IMG/VR virus record: IMGVR_UViG_3300032318_001009
Coordinates: 1-25,807 of that record
DNA from: a virus
Taxonomy: Duplodnaviria > Caudoviricetes
DNA: 25,807 bases
Reading direction: 5' to 3' (one strand)
Shown: positions 24,395-25,807 of the stretch, in pieces
How the letters are laid out: every line of letters starts with the position of its first letter
Numbering within the stretch: position 1 is the stretch's first letter
Notes under the pieces: generated by a model
The model's database searches: none
What the model was told of the DNA's origin: nothing
Seen by the model: only the letters and a program-made list of their open reading frames with translations
Translations under genes and position numbers: made by a program

Positions 24395-24485
24395 TGATCA
24401 TCAACGGCAGACATCCTGCAACGCCTACTATGACGGCAAATACCAGAACCAAGCCAACGAACCCGTGGAGGCGGTGTTAGAATGA
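24394..24485 (+). pseudogene. dcd: Internally deleted dCTP deaminase remnant
   Basis: GGAGG RBS plus MIING start, joined out of frame to QTSCNAYYDGKYQNQANEPVEAVLE*, which carries the dCTP deaminase C-terminal Y.GKYQ.Q motif. That stop overlaps the next ATG (ATGA). Confidence 0.65.
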
Positions 24486-24649
24486 AGAAATACAAACCCA
24501 CAAACCCAATCAATTCTGGCGGTGGCAGGCTCGTGTCGTGCAGGGTAAGCGAGGACGTGTTTAAGCTTTTGGACGATTTTGCCAAGAAGACCGACACGCC
24601 ATTTGTGACAACCCTGCGTCGCGTGATTGAGAATGGCATTTACGAGTGA
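24482..24649 (+). CDS. Ribbon-helix-helix (CopG/Arc-like) protein, not in ORF track (55 aa)
   Basis: 'RLVSCRVSEDVFKLLDDFAKKTDTPFVTTLRRVIENGI' strand-helix-helix pattern. GGAGG RBS; overlaps at both ends. Confidence 0.7.
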   Translation: MKKYKPTNPINSGGGRLVSCRVSEDVFKLLDDFAKKTDTPFVTTLRRVIENGIYE

Positions 24650-24885
24650 CCAGCACCAACCAGCAGATCAAGCGGGTTGCGCTGTCACTTCTGGGTGACA
24701 TGCCCGCAGATCAGACTGACAGGGACAAAATCGCCGTCGGGCTGCGGTCAGACACCGACAAACTTCTTGAAAATATTGCTGACGCCAGATGGCGCGGTGA
24801 CACTGACAAAATCAACGGTATCAAGTACCAGCTTATGGTCAAGCGGACCATGATCAAAATCCTGTCTCGAAACGGGGTGCGTTGA
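24646..24885 (+). CDS. Hypothetical protein
   Basis: 79 aa; GTGA overlap. Confidence 0.65.
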   Translation: MTSTNQQIKRVALSLLGDMPADQTDRDKIAVGLRSDTDKLLENIADARWRGDTDKINGIKYQLMVKRTMIKILSRNGVR

Positions 24886-24921
24886 TATTCTTGGCTGCGT
24901 CTGCTAATGTGGGCGCAGCCA
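24882..24921 (+). promoter_or_regulatory. Promoter upstream of portal, overlapped by a 13-bp imperfect hairpin
   Basis: TTGATA-17-TAATGT. TGGCTGCGTCTGC-TAAT-GTGGGCGCAGCCA (24892-24921). Confidence 0.55.
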
Positions 24922-24940
24922 TTACCTTTGAGGGAATACA

Positions 24941-25807
24941 ATGTCAGGCTTGAACCCAAATATCCGTATGCATGATGATGAAGCTGATGCCGCGATTGGC
25001 CCGATGGATGTAACCGTTGAGCATGATGACGCGGAGCCTGAAGACATTCCAGAAATTTCCCAAGACGGCGCGATCCTTAAGATCGAACACGGCGACGGAT
25101 CAATCACGCTGTCGCTGGATGGTAAGCCACTCAAAGACGCCGACAACGAGAAGACGCCCCCAGAGGGCTGGTTTGACAACCTTGTCAGCGAGATTGACGA
25201 CGAAGAATTGCAAAACATTGCCGACGACCTTATCCGTGGCGTTGAGGATGACCTTGAGAGCCGCAGCGAATGGATCGAGGATCGCGCCCAAGGCATTAAG
25301 CTGCTGGGCCTCAAGATTGAAATCCCTGGCCTGAATGGTGCGGCTGACGGCGCGCCAATTGAGGGCATGTCAAAGGTCCGCCACCCGCTTCTGCAGGAAG
25401 CCGTCCTGCGCTTTCAGGCCAACGCACGATCCGAACTGCTGCCGACCGACGGACCCGTAAAGATTCGGGATGATGCTAACGGCAGCACGCTGCAGCGCGA
25501 CGAGATTGCCAACGCGCTTGAGAAGGACATGAACCATTATCTGACCAGCACGGCACGCGAATACTACCCAGACACGGATCGCATGCTGCTGATGCTGGGT
25601 TTTGGTGGCACGTCGTTCAAGAAGGTCTACTTTTGCCCTCTGCGTAATCGCCCCGTCAGCGAGAGTGTTGACGCCGACAACCTGATCGTCAACAGCGCCG
25701 CCACCGACCTGTCCAACGCCAAGCGCGTCACGCACCGCGTCTATATGCGGCCAAGCACGGTCAAGCGCCTGCAGATCATTGGCGTCTATGATGACACCGA
25801 CCTGTCC
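24941..25807 (+). CDS. Portal protein (P22-like), truncated by the window end; not in ORF track
   Basis: Open frame from ATG 24941 (GAGG RBS) to the window edge. 'WFDNL...D.ESR.EW....G.KLLG', 'V.HPLL.EA..RFQA.A..ELLP.DGPVK', 'MN.YL', 'G..FKKVY'. Confidence 0.88.
   Translation, partial: MSGLNPNIRMHDDEADAAIGPMDVTVEHDDAEPEDIPEISQDGAILKIEHGDGSITLSLDGKPLKDADNEKTPPEGWFDNLVSEIDDEELQNIADDLIRGVEDDLESRSEWIEDRAQGIKLLGLKIEIPGLNGAADGAPIEGMSKVRHPLLQEAVLRFQANARSELLPTDGPVKIRDDANGSTLQRDEIANALEKDMNHYLTSTAREYYPDTDRMLLMLGFGGTSFKKVYFCPLRNRPVSESVDADNLIVNSAATDLSNAKRVTHRVYMRPSTVKRLQIIGVYDDTDLS

Overview
This is about 25.8 kb of a tailed dsDNA bacteriophage genome, podovirus-like with P22/Sf6-type terminase and portal. 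An alphaproteobacterial host is a guess. From left to right it holds: (1) the end of the virion module (ejection-type protein, tail fibre); (2) a leftward recombination/replication operon (Sak4-like AAA ATPase, DUF669-type SSB, free-standing HNH, YqaJ exonuclease, SF2 helicase, VRR-NUC); (3) a divergent Cro-like HTH plus a Prim-Pol/PriCT-2 primase-helicase; (4) a translationally coupled leftward accessory operon ending in RyR-domain, Lar, TGT/DpdA-like and VUT/YhhQ transporter genes followed by small ORFs; (5) a rightward early region with an AT-rich origin-like element and a Mom-family DNA modifier; (6) TerS and TerL, a ~2 kb insert with its own promoter and a deleted dCTP deaminase remnant, and the start of the portal gene. 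The most notable feature is a compact transporter + transglycosylase pair suggesting salvage-based 7-deazaguanine DNA modification, co-occurring with a Mom-like adenine modifier and other anti-defence candidates. Also notable is a promoter/hairpin architecture that could gate TerS and HNH translation. All family assignments come from motif recognition by eye, not from database searches.
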